A stretch of 64,000 nt of DNA, from assembly GCA_963752285.1 (NCBI GenBank), contig CAVVXN010000005.1, positions 1,248,001 through 1,312,000 of the forward strand, given 5' to 3'. The position numbers and the translations under genes are program-made. The notes under the pieces are model-generated. The model made no database searches. It worked only from the letters and a program-made list of their open reading frames with translations, and was not told the DNA's origin. This DNA is from an uncultured Planctomycetota bacterium (GTDB taxonomy: Bacteria > Planctomycetota > PLA2 > JAEUHO01). This document shows, piece after piece, positions 1-9,538 of the stretch (positions are counted from its first letter, which is position 1; every line of letters starts with the position of its first letter).

Positions 1-736
1 GACCCTCGAGGCCCGAGAGCACGCCCGCGTCGCCGAGCCGCGTGCGGTCGATCCAGGCGACGACGGTGTTCGCCTTGACGTCCAGGTCTTCCACGCGCTG
101 CCCGTCGGGCCGCCGGTGCGCGAACCCCCGGATCCGGGGGTTCCCCATCATCACGAGCGCGATCCGCCCGTCGCCGTCCGGGTACCACCGCATCGTTCCG
201 CCCTGGGAGTCCACGGTGAAGTCGAGGTCCTCGGGTCGGGGCGCGATCCTGGCCGGCGGTCGCGGCGGCGGAGCGCTCGGCCCCACCGGCGCGGCGCCGG
301 GTGAAGGCGGGCTCGGTGCGGCGCCCGACGGGCGGGCGACCGCGTTCCCGGGCGCGGCGACGGGCGCGCGCGCGACGCGCGGCTCCAACGCCGGCGGCGC
401 GGTCCGCCCCGGGACGACGACGCGCACCACGGGCGGCGGGAGCGGGGCCCCGGGCGCCCGCCGGGTCGGCGGGGCGGCGGCGGGCGGCGCGACCGGCGGC
501 GCGACCGGCGGCGCCCCCGCTCCGGGCGCCGGCACGGGCCGCCGTTCGGGAACGGCGGGCGCGACGACCGGCCCCGGGGGCCGCCGCGGGCGGACGGACG
601 CGGGCGGCGCGTGCCGGATCACCTTCGGCGGCGGCAGCTCGTCGCCCCCGCCCCGGGCGGTCCGCGCGGCGACGACCACCAGGCACAGCAGGACGACGAG
701 ACCGAGCGCGTCGGGGCGACGAGACCCTCCCTGCAT
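1..736 (-). CDS. Exported Pro-rich protein, N-terminal part only (runs off the window start); possibly LptD-like
   Basis: Not in the ORF track because it has no stop inside the window. ATG at 736 reads MQGGSRRPDALGLVVLLCLVVVAARTARG (signal-like), then a long Pro/Ala linker, then globular-looking LDFTVDSQGGTMRWYPDGDGRIALVMMGNPRI...LDVKANTVVAWIDR. The LptD guess is weak inference. Confidence 0.6.
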   Translation of the reverse strand, partial: MQGGSRRPDALGLVVLLCLVVVAARTARGGGDELPPPKVIRHAPPASVRPRRPPGPVVAPAVPERRPVPAPGAGAPPVAPPVAPPAAAPPTRRAPGAPLPPPVVRVVVPGRTAPPALEPRVARAPVAAPGNAVARPSGAAPSPPSPGAAPVGPSAPPPRPPARIAPRPEDLDFTVDSQGGTMRWYPDGDGRIALVMMGNPRIRGFAHRRPDGQRVEDLDVKANTVVAWIDRTRLGDAGVLSGLEG

Positions 737-759
737 GCCGCCCCCCACCGGGCCGGTCG

Positions 760-2403
760 TCAGGATACGGCTCCCGGGCTCGGTGGCGGGGTCCGACGCC
801 GGCGGAGGAGCCGCGTGACGCTCTGGACCTCCGCGACTCCAAGTGCCCGGAGGGACAGGAGATAGAGCGTTCCGAGCGCGAGCGTCACCCCGAGCGTCAG
901 GAGCGCGCCCATCGCGCCCCCCGCCACCGGACGGTCACCACGAAGCCAGGTGGTGGCCACCAGGTGACCGAGCCCCCCCATCAGGGCCGCAGCGGCGCCG
1001 ATCCGCAGGAGGAACCGCCACGGGACGGCGAGCGACCGACCCCCGAAGACCCGGCCGGCGAGCCGAAGGAGGAGGTAGTTCGTGGCGGAGCCCGCCGCGA
1101 CCGAGAGCGCGAGCCCACGGTGCCCGAGCGTACCCACCGTCGAGAGGGCGAGCGCGATCGTCACGAGGATTCCGCCGAGGGAACACAGCATCGGCGTCCT
1201 CGTGTCGCCGCGCGCGAGGAAGCGCGGCACCGTCGCCTTGACGCCCGCGTAGAAGACGATGCCCAGCGCGTACGCGCGGAGCGCGCCCGCCACCGCGGCG
1301 GTGTCGCTCGCGCTGAACCGCCCGCGCTGGTAGAGCATCCGCAGGATCGGCTCGGCGAGGACGAAGAGCCCCACCGCCGCGGGGAGGGCCAGGAGCCAGG
1401 AGATCCGGAGGCCCCGGCGCACGAGGTCGTCGAGACCCTGCGCGTCGCCGCGGGCCGCGTGACGCGAGCCCGCGGCCAAGACGACCGTGCCCAGCGCCAC
1501 GCCGATCAGCCCGATCGGCAGGTGAACGAGGCGGAAGGCGTAGCCGAGCCAGGCGGGCCACGCCGGCTCCCGCGAGGCGAGCGCCGTCACGATGACGAGC
1601 ATCACGTTCGTCCCCGCGAGGGAGACGACGACCGGGGCCATCCGCTTCGCCACCGAGCGGAGGGCCGGGTCGGAGAAACGGAGGTCCAGGCGCGGCGCCC
1701 CGCGCCAGCCCACGCGATAGAGGAGCGGCACCTGGACGAGGAGCTGCGCGAGGCCGCCCGCCACCGCCAGCACCGACCACGCCGTGACGGCCTGCTCCAC
1801 CCGCTCGGGCCGGTCCCAGTGGAGGGCGAGGAGCACCGCCCCCCCCGTGATCGCGACGAGGTTGAAGCACGCGGGCGCGAAGGCGGGCACGAAATAGCGG
1901 CGGTGGGTGTTCAAGACGCCCATCGACACGGCCGCCAGCGCGACGAGCGGCAGGAACGGGAACATGATCCGCGTGAGCGAGATCGTGAGCGAGCGCATGG
2001 CCGGCGCGACGTCCGGCGCCACGACGTCCACCACCGCGGGCGCGAAGACGATGCCCAGGAGCGCGATCGTGCCCGTCCAGAGCCCGAGCGTCCCCATCGT
2101 GCGCCGCGCGAGGAGGAACGCGCGCTCGTCGCCCTCCTCCGCGCGGACCTTCGCGAACGCCGGGACGAACGCGGACGAGAGCGCGCCCTCCGCGAAGAAG
2201 TCGCGGAGCAGGTTCGGGATCCGGAACGCGAGGACGAACGCGCTCGCTTCCCCGCTCGCGCCGACCAGCGCGGCGAAGACGGACTCGCGCGCGAGACCGG
2301 CGACGCGCGAGAGCGCCGTCGCCATCGAGACGCGCGACGCCGGCCGGCCGACGCTCTCCGACGCGCCGCGACGGTCGTTCACGGCCCCCCCGTCGTCGGA
2401 CAC
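760..2403 (-). CDS. murJ: Lipid II flippase MurJ (MviN)
   Basis: ATALSRVAGLARE, AFRIPNLLRDFFAEGALSSAFVP, RLVHLPIGLIG, DTRTP motifs; many TM segments; GGAGGG RBS before GTG 2403. Confidence 0.95.
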   Translation of the reverse strand: MSDDGGAVNDRRGASESVGRPASRVSMATALSRVAGLARESVFAALVGASGEASAFVLAFRIPNLLRDFFAEGALSSAFVPAFAKVRAEEGDERAFLLARRTMGTLGLWTGTIALLGIVFAPAVVDVVAPDVAPAMRSLTISLTRIMFPFLPLVALAAVSMGVLNTHRRYFVPAFAPACFNLVAITGGAVLLALHWDRPERVEQAVTAWSVLAVAGGLAQLLVQVPLLYRVGWRGAPRLDLRFSDPALRSVAKRMAPVVVSLAGTNVMLVIVTALASREPAWPAWLGYAFRLVHLPIGLIGVALGTVVLAAGSRHAARGDAQGLDDLVRRGLRISWLLALPAAVGLFVLAEPILRMLYQRGRFSASDTAAVAGALRAYALGIVFYAGVKATVPRFLARGDTRTPMLCSLGGILVTIALALSTVGTLGHRGLALSVAAGSATNYLLLRLAGRVFGGRSLAVPWRFLLRIGAAAALMGGLGHLVATTWLRGDRPVAGGAMGALLTLGVTLALGTLYLLSLRALGVAEVQSVTRLLRRRRTPPPSPGAVS

Positions 2404-2495
2404 GGTCCCTCCCGGTGGGGCCCGCCCGGCCCGGGGGGCGCCCGCCTCATGGATCGGTCCGTCCGGGGTCCGGGTCGAGGTCGGTCGCGTTCGAC

Positions 2496-2524
2496 GCGTG
2501 CGCCGGCGTGTCGCCGGCGCACGC
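2496..2524. terminator. Perfect 13-bp hairpin downstream of the M48 gene
   Basis: gcgtgcgccggcg-tgt-cgccggcgcacgc, about 20 nt past the minus-strand stop at 2545. No U-tract, so it may be a stabilising stem rather than a terminator. Confidence 0.5.
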
Positions 2525-2544
2525 CCGGATCCCGCGGCGGTCGG

Positions 2545-3516
2545 TCACTGCGGGGAGGACATCGTCGCCTGCGGGTCCTCGGGGGCGCCGCCCCGGCCCA
2601 TCCGCGCCTCGAACCGCCTCGTCCGGGCCTCGATCCCGACGCCGCCGTCGAAGGGGCCCCCGTACGTGCGGACCAGCGGCTCGAGCGCGGCGATGCGCGC
2701 ATCGGCCGGCGGGTGCGTGGCCCAGGTGTCCTCGACGCGCCCCGGCGCCGCCGACATGTAGTCCTTGATCGCGGAGGCGTCGTAGCCGGTGTCGTAGAGG
2801 ATCAGCGTCCCCTCGCGGTCGGCGTCGAGCTCGTAGGCCCGGCCGTAGCCGTCCCGGACGAGACGACCGGCGAGGTCGCCGACGGCGTCGCCGAAGAGCT
2901 TCGCCATGTTGCGCGCGAACGACGTCTGGTTCGCGCCCGCGCCCGCGGCGACGGTGCGGGCCACGACCGAGAACGACGCCTGCCACGTCGGCCCTTCGCG
3001 GAGGATCTTCTCGCCGTGGTGCAGGCTGACGTGCCCGAGCTCGTGGGCGAGGATCCCGGCCAGCTCCTCCTCGTTCCGGCAGCGGCGCACCGCGCCACGC
3101 GTGACGAAGACGAAGCCGCCCGGTCCCGAGATCCCGTTCTGGACGTCCGTGTCGAGGACGCCGAAGTGGTACCCCCCGTACGTCGCGGGGAGCCGCTCGC
3201 TCAGCGTGACGATGGCCGCGCCGACGAGGCGGACGTACGACTGGATCCCCTCGTCCGGGTCGAGGCCGTACGTGGCGATCGCGTTCGCCGCGACCGCGCG
3301 GCCGAGGTAGTACTCCTGCTCCGGGGAGAACTTCACGTTCATCTGGTCTACGGTCTCGGTCGCGTCCACGATCCCGCCCACCGCGGCGCGGGCGACGTCG
3401 CCGGTGCGACCCCCGACGAAGCCGCCCGCCACGTTCCCGGCGATGTCGCCGGTGCGGCACGCGCCGAGCGCGACGAGGGGTGCGAGCGCCGAGGCGATCA
3501 GGGCGAGGCGCCTCAT
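2545..3516 (-). CDS. M48-family zinc metallopeptidase, lipoprotein
   Basis: Signal MRRLALIASALAPLVALGA-C; PGGFVFVTRG, EEELAGILAHELGH (HExxH), ELDAD, THPP..RI. ATG overlaps the upstream TGA (ATGA 3513-3516). Confidence 0.9.
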   Translation of the reverse strand: MRRLALIASALAPLVALGACRTGDIAGNVAGGFVGGRTGDVARAAVGGIVDATETVDQMNVKFSPEQEYYLGRAVAANAIATYGLDPDEGIQSYVRLVGAAIVTLSERLPATYGGYHFGVLDTDVQNGISGPGGFVFVTRGAVRRCRNEEELAGILAHELGHVSLHHGEKILREGPTWQASFSVVARTVAAGAGANQTSFARNMAKLFGDAVGDLAGRLVRDGYGRAYELDADREGTLILYDTGYDASAIKDYMSAAPGRVEDTWATHPPADARIAALEPLVRTYGGPFDGGVGIEARTRRFEARMGRGGAPEDPQATMSSPQ

Positions 3517-4103
3517 CGCGTCCTCCCCGGGCGGCCGAGCCGTCCCTCGAGGACGAACGCGTCCACCTCGTCGGGGGAGGGCGCGGAGTGCTCCACCTCG
3601 TCCACGAGACCGAAGTAGGGCCGGAGGTCGGGGTGCGCCTCCCGGTAGGAGTTCTCGGTGGCCGGGTCGAACTGTCGGCCCGCGGCCTGGAGGTCGTTCT
3701 GCGTCGGCCCGCCCGACTGCTCGGCGATCGGACCCCGCTGGCCGCCTTCGGTCAGCGCGAAGGGCTCGACGGTCTGGGTGGCGCGGAGCCATCCCGTCTT
3801 CGCCATGGTGCCGGCGGTCGGGAGCGTCGCGACCTCGACCCACGCGCCGCGCCGCGACTGGATCCGCACCTTCGTGCCGTACGCGAGGACGTCCACGGGG
3901 TGGGAGAGCGGGGTCGGCCGCTCGCGGAGCGGGGTCCCGTCCTTCGCGAGGGTTGCCCGGATGTCGCCGACGGCGGCCTCCTCCGGTGCGGCCCCGAGAT
4001 CGCCCCACAGGACGAGGAGGGCGAGGAAGGCGAAGACCACGCCCATCCCCACCGCCGAGAGCGAGATACGACGCCTTCGGGACACGCGACGCTCCTCCGC
4101 CAT
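3513..4103 (-). CDS. Membrane-anchored SH3b-like domain protein
   Basis: N-terminal TM helix; LRERPTPLSHPVDVLAYGTKVRIQSRRGAWVEV...TGWLRA fits a bacterial SH3 pattern. Confidence 0.7.
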   Translation of the reverse strand: MAEERRVSRRRRISLSAVGMGVVFAFLALLVLWGDLGAAPEEAAVGDIRATLAKDGTPLRERPTPLSHPVDVLAYGTKVRIQSRRGAWVEVATLPTAGTMAKTGWLRATQTVEPFALTEGGQRGPIAEQSGGPTQNDLQAAGRQFDPATENSYREAHPDLRPYFGLVDEVEHSAPSPDEVDAFVLEGRLGRPGRTR

Positions 4104-4203
4104 CGGGCCTTTCGGCCCTTTGGACTCCCTCCGAAACCCGGAGGAAGGGTACCCCCGTCTCGGTCACCGTCCGGTCGCGCCCGCACCGGCCAAACGCCCG
4201 GGC

Positions 4204-6501
4204 TCACTTCCCGGTCAGGGTGACCCGCCCCGACCACGCGACGCCCTCCCCGGCCGCCATGACCCCCCGCACGATCCCGCGCAGCCAGTCCGTGGCGCCG
4301 TCGCCGGGCTTGAACCGCTCCGCCTCGTCGAGCGCGGTCATCGCGAGGGCGAGGTCGCCCGCCCGCGCGGCGTCGTGGGCGCGGGTGAAGGCCGCCACGT
4401 GCGCGGCCAGGTCCGCGGGGGCGACCGACTCCATCGCCACCAGCTCGTAGACCGGCTCGGCGCCTTTGCGCCCGAAGACCACCAGGTCGCCGATCGGCTT
4501 GGCGAGGATGGCCGCGCCGGCCTCCGCGCGGGTCCGGCTCCCGATCAGGATGCCGCTCCGAAAGGCCTTGTTCGCGCCCTCGAGACGGCTCGCCAGGTTC
4601 ACCGCGTCGCCCATGCACGTGTAGTCGAAGCGCTGTTCGCTCCCCATGTTGCCCACGACGGCCGTGCCTGTGTTGATGCCGATGCGGATCCCGAACTCCG
4701 TGAGCCCCATCGACTCCCAGATCGGCCGGAGCGACGGGAGGCGCTCGAACACCGCGAGCGCGGCCCGACAGGCTTGGAGCGCGTGGGTCGGCGTCGGCAC
4801 CGGGTCGCCGAAGAACGCCATCACCGCGTCGCCCTCGAATTTGTCCACGACCCCGCCCTCCTCCATCACGGCCGCGGAGTGGGCGGTCAGGTAGCGGTTC
4901 AGGAGTGAGACGGTCTGGTCCGGCGAGAGGGACTCCGAGAGGCGCGTGAAGTTCGCCACGTCCGAGAACAAGATGGTGATGTCGCGCCGCTGCCCGCCGA
5001 GCACGAGGAGCTCGGGGTCTTGCTTGAGCGCCTCGATGATCGAGGGCGCCAGGTAGCGACCGAACGTGCCCTCGAGCCAGCGGTTGCGCCGGCCCTCGGT
5101 CAACACGCGCACGATCGACGTCGCGACCCACGTGAGCACGATGCCCATGAGAGGCGTGAACACGTCGATCGAGGTCCCGCGGCGGAAGAGGCTCCACGCG
5201 AGGACGAGGAGCAGGAGCGCGGCGAGCAGCGGCACCAGGTGCGGGAGGAGGCGCGAGCGGAGGACGCCGGCGAGCGTGCCGAGGAGCACCGTCAGCGCGA
5301 AGAGGATCAGCGCGTTCGCCGGGGCGCCCGCGCGCACCCGCCCGTCGCCGTGGAGGAGGTCGTCGAGGATCGTCGCCTGGTACTCGGGCCCGTGATACTT
5401 GCCCGAGAGGGGGGTCGTCACGATGTCCTCGATGCCCGCGATGTTCACGCCCCAGACGACGATCTTCCCCGCGAGCTCCTTCTTCGCCTCGGCGGGCATC
5501 TCGCCCGTCTCCGCGTAGAGCTGTGCCCAGCGCAGGATGTTCGCGGGCGGAACGGTGGGGTACGTGTAGAAGGGGTCGCCCCGGAAGTTCACCAGGAACG
5601 AACCGTCGTCCATGAGTCGCTCGTACGCGTCTTCGACCTCGACGCCGCCGGGGACGAAGCGGACCTGGCCCCCCGTCGCGAGCATCGCCGCGGCGAGCGC
5701 GAGCGAGGGCACGGGCCGGGCGCCCCAGCGTCCCGTCGCGGAGGCGGTCCGTACCACGCCGTCCACGTTCTCCACGACGTTCGCGAACCCGAGGTACGCC
5801 GCGCCGGCCGCGATGCGGCTCGCCGGGAGGTTCGCCCCCTCCCGCGCGATGCCCGCCGGGGCGTCGTGGAGGACGGCCTCGGCCGACTTCCCCTCCGCCG
5901 CGCGGACCCGGCTCGGTTGCTCGTACTTCGGCGTGTCGGAGAGCATGTACGCGAGCGCCACGCCGTGGCGCTTCTCGTACGCCCGCCGCTGGGGGTCCTC
6001 GGCGTCCGGGCCCTTCGGAGGCTCCTCCCCGGCGAACCGGAACGCCGCGAAGGCCTGGCCGAGCTCCGCGCCCTGCTCCTCCTCGTTGTCGAACAGCCGG
6101 CGGCTGACCGCGTCGGGCTCGCGCTTCAAGTCGAGGTCGTCGATCCCGACCCCGTGGTCGAAGTGGAACACGTCCACCACGACGGCTTCGACGCCCGCCT
6201 CCTTCATGAGCTGGAAGGCCTGGGTGTTGAGCTCGAGGGGCCAGGGCCACCGCTGGAACCACGCCTCCCACACGGCGCGGACGTCCGCCTCGGTGATCTC
6301 CGCGAGGACGATCCGGGGGTCCGGCGGGCGGGTGGCGAGGAAGTGGCGCGTCCTGACGTCGATGAAGCGGAGCTCGACGGACTCGAAGAGGTCGGTCGGC
6401 CGCAGGAGGAGCAGGAGCCCGCCGATCGCCACGCCGATCAGGGCGCCGAGGACGATCCTCGCGCCGGTCGGCATGTCGTGCAGGCGGGGGATCCGCTTCA
6501 T
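4204..6501 (-). CDS. CHASE2-domain class III adenylate cyclase
   Basis: CHASE2 motifs (DPRIVLAEITE, RWPWP, DGVVR), three TM helices, cyclase motifs FSDVANFTRLSE, VDKFEGDAVMAFFG, DYTCMGDAVNLASRLEG. Start taken at ATG 6501. Confidence 0.93.
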   Translation of the reverse strand: MKRIPRLHDMPTGARIVLGALIGVAIGGLLLLLRPTDLFESVELRFIDVRTRHFLATRPPDPRIVLAEITEADVRAVWEAWFQRWPWPLELNTQAFQLMKEAGVEAVVVDVFHFDHGVGIDDLDLKREPDAVSRRLFDNEEEQGAELGQAFAAFRFAGEEPPKGPDAEDPQRRAYEKRHGVALAYMLSDTPKYEQPSRVRAAEGKSAEAVLHDAPAGIAREGANLPASRIAAGAAYLGFANVVENVDGVVRTASATGRWGARPVPSLALAAAMLATGGQVRFVPGGVEVEDAYERLMDDGSFLVNFRGDPFYTYPTVPPANILRWAQLYAETGEMPAEAKKELAGKIVVWGVNIAGIEDIVTTPLSGKYHGPEYQATILDDLLHGDGRVRAGAPANALILFALTVLLGTLAGVLRSRLLPHLVPLLAALLLLVLAWSLFRRGTSIDVFTPLMGIVLTWVATSIVRVLTEGRRNRWLEGTFGRYLAPSIIEALKQDPELLVLGGQRRDITILFSDVANFTRLSESLSPDQTVSLLNRYLTAHSAAVMEEGGVVDKFEGDAVMAFFGDPVPTPTHALQACRAALAVFERLPSLRPIWESMGLTEFGIRIGINTGTAVVGNMGSEQRFDYTCMGDAVNLASRLEGANKAFRSGILIGSRTRAEAGAAILAKPIGDLVVFGRKGAEPVYELVAMESVAPADLAAHVAAFTRAHDAARAGDLALAMTALDEAERFKPGDGATDWLRGIVRGVMAAGEGVAWSGRVTLTGK

Positions 6502-6561
6502 GAGGCTCCCTGGTAGAGTGGCCCGGCGCCGGCGGGGCTCCCGCGACGCGCGCCGCTCGGG

Positions 6562-7821
6562 ATGATACGCCTCGCCCTCCTCGTCCTCGCCAACGTGGCC
6601 GGCTCCGCATTCTGCTCGCTCACGGAGGCGGCGCTCCTGGCCTCCAGCGAGGCGCGGATCCTCGGCCGCGTCCAGCTCGGCCAGCGCGGGGCGGAGCGGC
6701 TGCTGCGCATACGCAGGGACCCCGGCCCGACGCTCTCTTCGATCGTCTTCCTGAACAACGTGTTCGCGGTGGCGGGCACGGCCTACATCACGAGCCTCGC
6801 GACCGAGATCGTCCCGACCGCGTGGGGCCTGGCGGCCTTCATCGGGCTCGAGACCGTCGTGATCATCGCGTTCGGGGAGATCGCGCCGAAGCTCCTCGGG
6901 GAGGCCCTGCCCGAGCCGATCGCCGGGTTCTGCGCGCCGGTCCTCGTGGTCGTCCGCCGCCTGATGGCGCCCTTGACGACGCTGGTCAAGCTGCTGACGT
7001 TCTGGGCCCGGCCGCGCTCCCGGGTCGAGTCCGGAGGCGAGAACGAGATCCGCCACCTCGCCAGGCTCGGCCAGGAGGGCGGCCACCTCGACCCCGGCGA
7101 GGCCGACCTGATCCACCGCGTCTTCCGGCTCGACGACATCACGGCCGAAGACGTGATGACCCCACGGAGGCTCGTCAACGGGTTCCCGGCGGACCGGACG
7201 CTCCTCGAGGCCCGTCCGCGGCTCCTCGAGTCGAACCACAGCCAGTTCCCGGTGTACGAGAACGACCTCGACGCCGTGGTCGGCGTGCTCTGGTTGAAGG
7301 AGGCGCTCGGCGCGCTCGTGCGCGGCGAGGGCGAACGCACGGTCCGCGAGGTGATGCGGCCGGCGAAGTTCGTCCCGCCCTCGCGCGCGGTGGACGACGT
7401 CTTCCAGGACCTCCAGAGCGGAGGGCGACGGATGCTCGTCGTGATCGACGAGTACGGCTCGACGATGGGCATCGTCACGATCGACGACCTCGTGGAGGAG
7501 CTCGTCGGCGAGGCGATCGACGAGACCGACGTCTCCGCGGGCCTCGTGAAGCGCGTCTCCCGCACGTCGGCGATCGTCCACGGCCTGACGCGCGTCCGCG
7601 ACGTGGCGCGGTTCCTCAAGTGCACCCCGCCGGACCCGGACTCGGAGGAGGAGACGAGCACCGTCGCCGGTCTCCTCCAGGAACGGCTCGAGCGGATCCC
7701 GGTGAAGGGCGACCTCGTGGAGCTCCCGGGGGGCCTGCTCCTCGAGGTCCGCGAGGCGGACGGCCGGATGGCGACGCGCGTGCTCGCCCGCAACACCGCG
7801 CGGGTCCCGTCCGAGGGTTGA
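6562..7821 (+). CDS. CNNM/DUF21-CBS-CorC hemolysin-family transporter-associated protein
   Basis: SAFCSLTEAALLAS, FGEIAPK, DVMTPR, HSQFPVY, VIDEYGSTMGIVTIDDLVEELVGE, TVAGLL. Confidence 0.92.
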   Translation: MIRLALLVLANVAGSAFCSLTEAALLASSEARILGRVQLGQRGAERLLRIRRDPGPTLSSIVFLNNVFAVAGTAYITSLATEIVPTAWGLAAFIGLETVVIIAFGEIAPKLLGEALPEPIAGFCAPVLVVVRRLMAPLTTLVKLLTFWARPRSRVESGGENEIRHLARLGQEGGHLDPGEADLIHRVFRLDDITAEDVMTPRRLVNGFPADRTLLEARPRLLESNHSQFPVYENDLDAVVGVLWLKEALGALVRGEGERTVREVMRPAKFVPPSRAVDDVFQDLQSGGRRMLVVIDEYGSTMGIVTIDDLVEELVGEAIDETDVSAGLVKRVSRTSAIVHGLTRVRDVARFLKCTPPDPDSEEETSTVAGLLQERLERIPVKGDLVELPGGLLLEVREADGRMATRVLARNTARVPSEG

Positions 7822-7834
7822 CCGCGGGGCCCGC

Positions 7835-9538
7835 TCAGCGCGGCACGGGCGCGCGCACGACCCCGCCGGTGCGGCTCTCGAGCACGACCCGCGTCGGGGT
7901 CCCGTCGGGTCTCAGGAGGAGCGTCCTCGACGAGGTACCCGCGACGCCGTCCGGCAGGAGCACCCGGCCCCCTTCGACCGACAAGGCCGCGGTCGGCTCA
8001 CCCGGCTGCACCTCCACCGCCGCGAGGACCCGGGCCCCGTCGAAGCGCACGCGGTCCGGGGGCAGCGTCGCGAAGCGGCGCGCCATCCCGTGGATCGTCG
8101 GGAGCACGCCGTCGTTCGCGACGACGACGCGGAGCCACCCGTCCGCCGTGCGCTCCCCCGCCCGGATCGAGAGGCGCGGCAGCATCGACGCGTGCTCGAG
8201 GGTGAAGAGCGTGTTCCGGACCGCCGTCTCGGGGAGGAAGTCCGGCGGGTCGGCGCGCAGCGTGAACCGGCGCCACCCGCCCACCTCCACGGTCCCGAGG
8301 TCGGGATGTGGGACCTCGTGCCAGCGGACGAAGCCCTCGCCGTGCAGCGCGACGTCGTTCCAGTGGAGCGCGGCGAGGTCCGGGTCCTCCTTCGCGCCGG
8401 GGCCCGCCCGCCCCACCTCGCCCCACAGCTCGTTCGTGAACGAGAACACGCCGAGGTCCACGTAGGTCCAGTCCACGAAGCCGCCGAACACGCGGTAGAG
8501 CCCCTCCCGGATCTGGAGGTACCGGTAGTCCGGCAGCACGAACAGGCCACGCCGCGCGATCTCGTCGTAGGCGCGCGCGTCCTCGCGCGGCATCCGGGCC
8601 TCCCGGTCCGTGAGCGCGGCGGGCGGCCGGAGCATCATCCGTCCCGCGTTGTGGTAGCTCTGCACGCCGGCCAGGTGAGGGACACGGAGGAGATACGTCG
8701 CCACGGCCCTCGTCTCGGGCTCCGAGAGCGGATACGGCCCCGCGCCGTACTGGACGCCCTCGGGGCGCCACGCCTCGGGCCAGTTGCGGTTCATGTCCAC
8801 GCCGCCCTCGGGGTCCTCGTCGATCTCGCCGTCCCCGTCGTCGTCCTTGCCCTCGAGGCCGAGCAGGCGGTACTGGCCCCGCTCGCCCGGCCTCCGAAGG
8901 CGCATCAGACGGTCGTCCCGCTCGTCCACGACGAACGGGCCGTTCTCGTCGCGGATGCGCATCTCGAGGATCTGGCCATCGCCGTCGAGGTCGTCCGGGC
9001 CGTCCTCGTCCACGAGGCCGTCGCGGTCGTCGTCTACCGGCCGGACGCCGCCGCGCGGCCCGTGCTCGGTGCCGGGGACGTGGAAGAAGCGCTGACGCGC
9101 GTCGGGGTTCACGGTGGGCGCCACCAGGAACGTCACGCGCCGCAGCAGGTCGCGCACGAACGGGTCGTCCTTCACGAGGAGGTAGCGGATCGTGAACAGG
9201 CAGACCTCCGCCGCCTGCACCTCGTTTCCGTGGACGTTCCCGTCGATCCACATCGTGGGGCGCTCGTCGGGATCGCCGCCCTGCGGGTCGAAGACGGACA
9301 TCACCCAGAGGTCGCGTCCCTCGCGGCTCTTCCCCATCGACTCGAGGCGCGTGCGCTCGGGCCAGGCCTCGTGCACCCGTTGGAGCGCGGCCGCGAGCTG
9401 GTCGGAGTCGTAGTAGTGGTCGAACGTCAGGAACGAGAGCGCCCGCGGGTCGTCGTCCGCGCGCCCGGCGCCGGCGGAGAGGCCGAGGGCGAGGACCCCG
9501 AGCGAGACGACCGCGAGGAACAGAAAGGCGCGCCTCAT
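7835..9538 (-). CDS. Secreted M14 zinc carboxypeptidase with catalytic motifs intact
   Basis: Signal peptide; GKSREGRDLW, IDGNVHGNE (HxxE), NPDAR, DMNRNW, SEPET, QSYHNAG, FTNELW; DxDxDG-rich insert. Confidence 0.9.
   Translation of the reverse strand: MRRAFLFLAVVSLGVLALGLSAGAGRADDDPRALSFLTFDHYYDSDQLAAALQRVHEAWPERTRLESMGKSREGRDLWVMSVFDPQGGDPDERPTMWIDGNVHGNEVQAAEVCLFTIRYLLVKDDPFVRDLLRRVTFLVAPTVNPDARQRFFHVPGTEHGPRGGVRPVDDDRDGLVDEDGPDDLDGDGQILEMRIRDENGPFVVDERDDRLMRLRRPGERGQYRLLGLEGKDDDGDGEIDEDPEGGVDMNRNWPEAWRPEGVQYGAGPYPLSEPETRAVATYLLRVPHLAGVQSYHNAGRMMLRPPAALTDREARMPREDARAYDEIARRGLFVLPDYRYLQIREGLYRVFGGFVDWTYVDLGVFSFTNELWGEVGRAGPGAKEDPDLAALHWNDVALHGEGFVRWHEVPHPDLGTVEVGGWRRFTLRADPPDFLPETAVRNTLFTLEHASMLPRLSIRAGERTADGWLRVVVANDGVLPTIHGMARRFATLPPDRVRFDGARVLAAVEVQPGEPTAALSVEGGRVLLPDGVAGTSSRTLLLRPDGTPTRVVLESRTGGVVRAPVPR

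Noticed and set aside
301..3618. 1105-aa plus-strand ORF, and similar long antisense ORFs such as 30361-34251, 39433-42585 and 56650-61176
   Set aside because: They lie antisense or out of frame to clearly recognisable genes and have no family motifs.
4104..7581. Long N-terminal extensions in the ORF track, e.g. cyclase from 7581, M48 from 4167, RsbW from 34345, HPF from 63726
   Set aside because: They overlap other well-supported genes; internal starts with RBS or stop-start overlaps fit the family N-termini.
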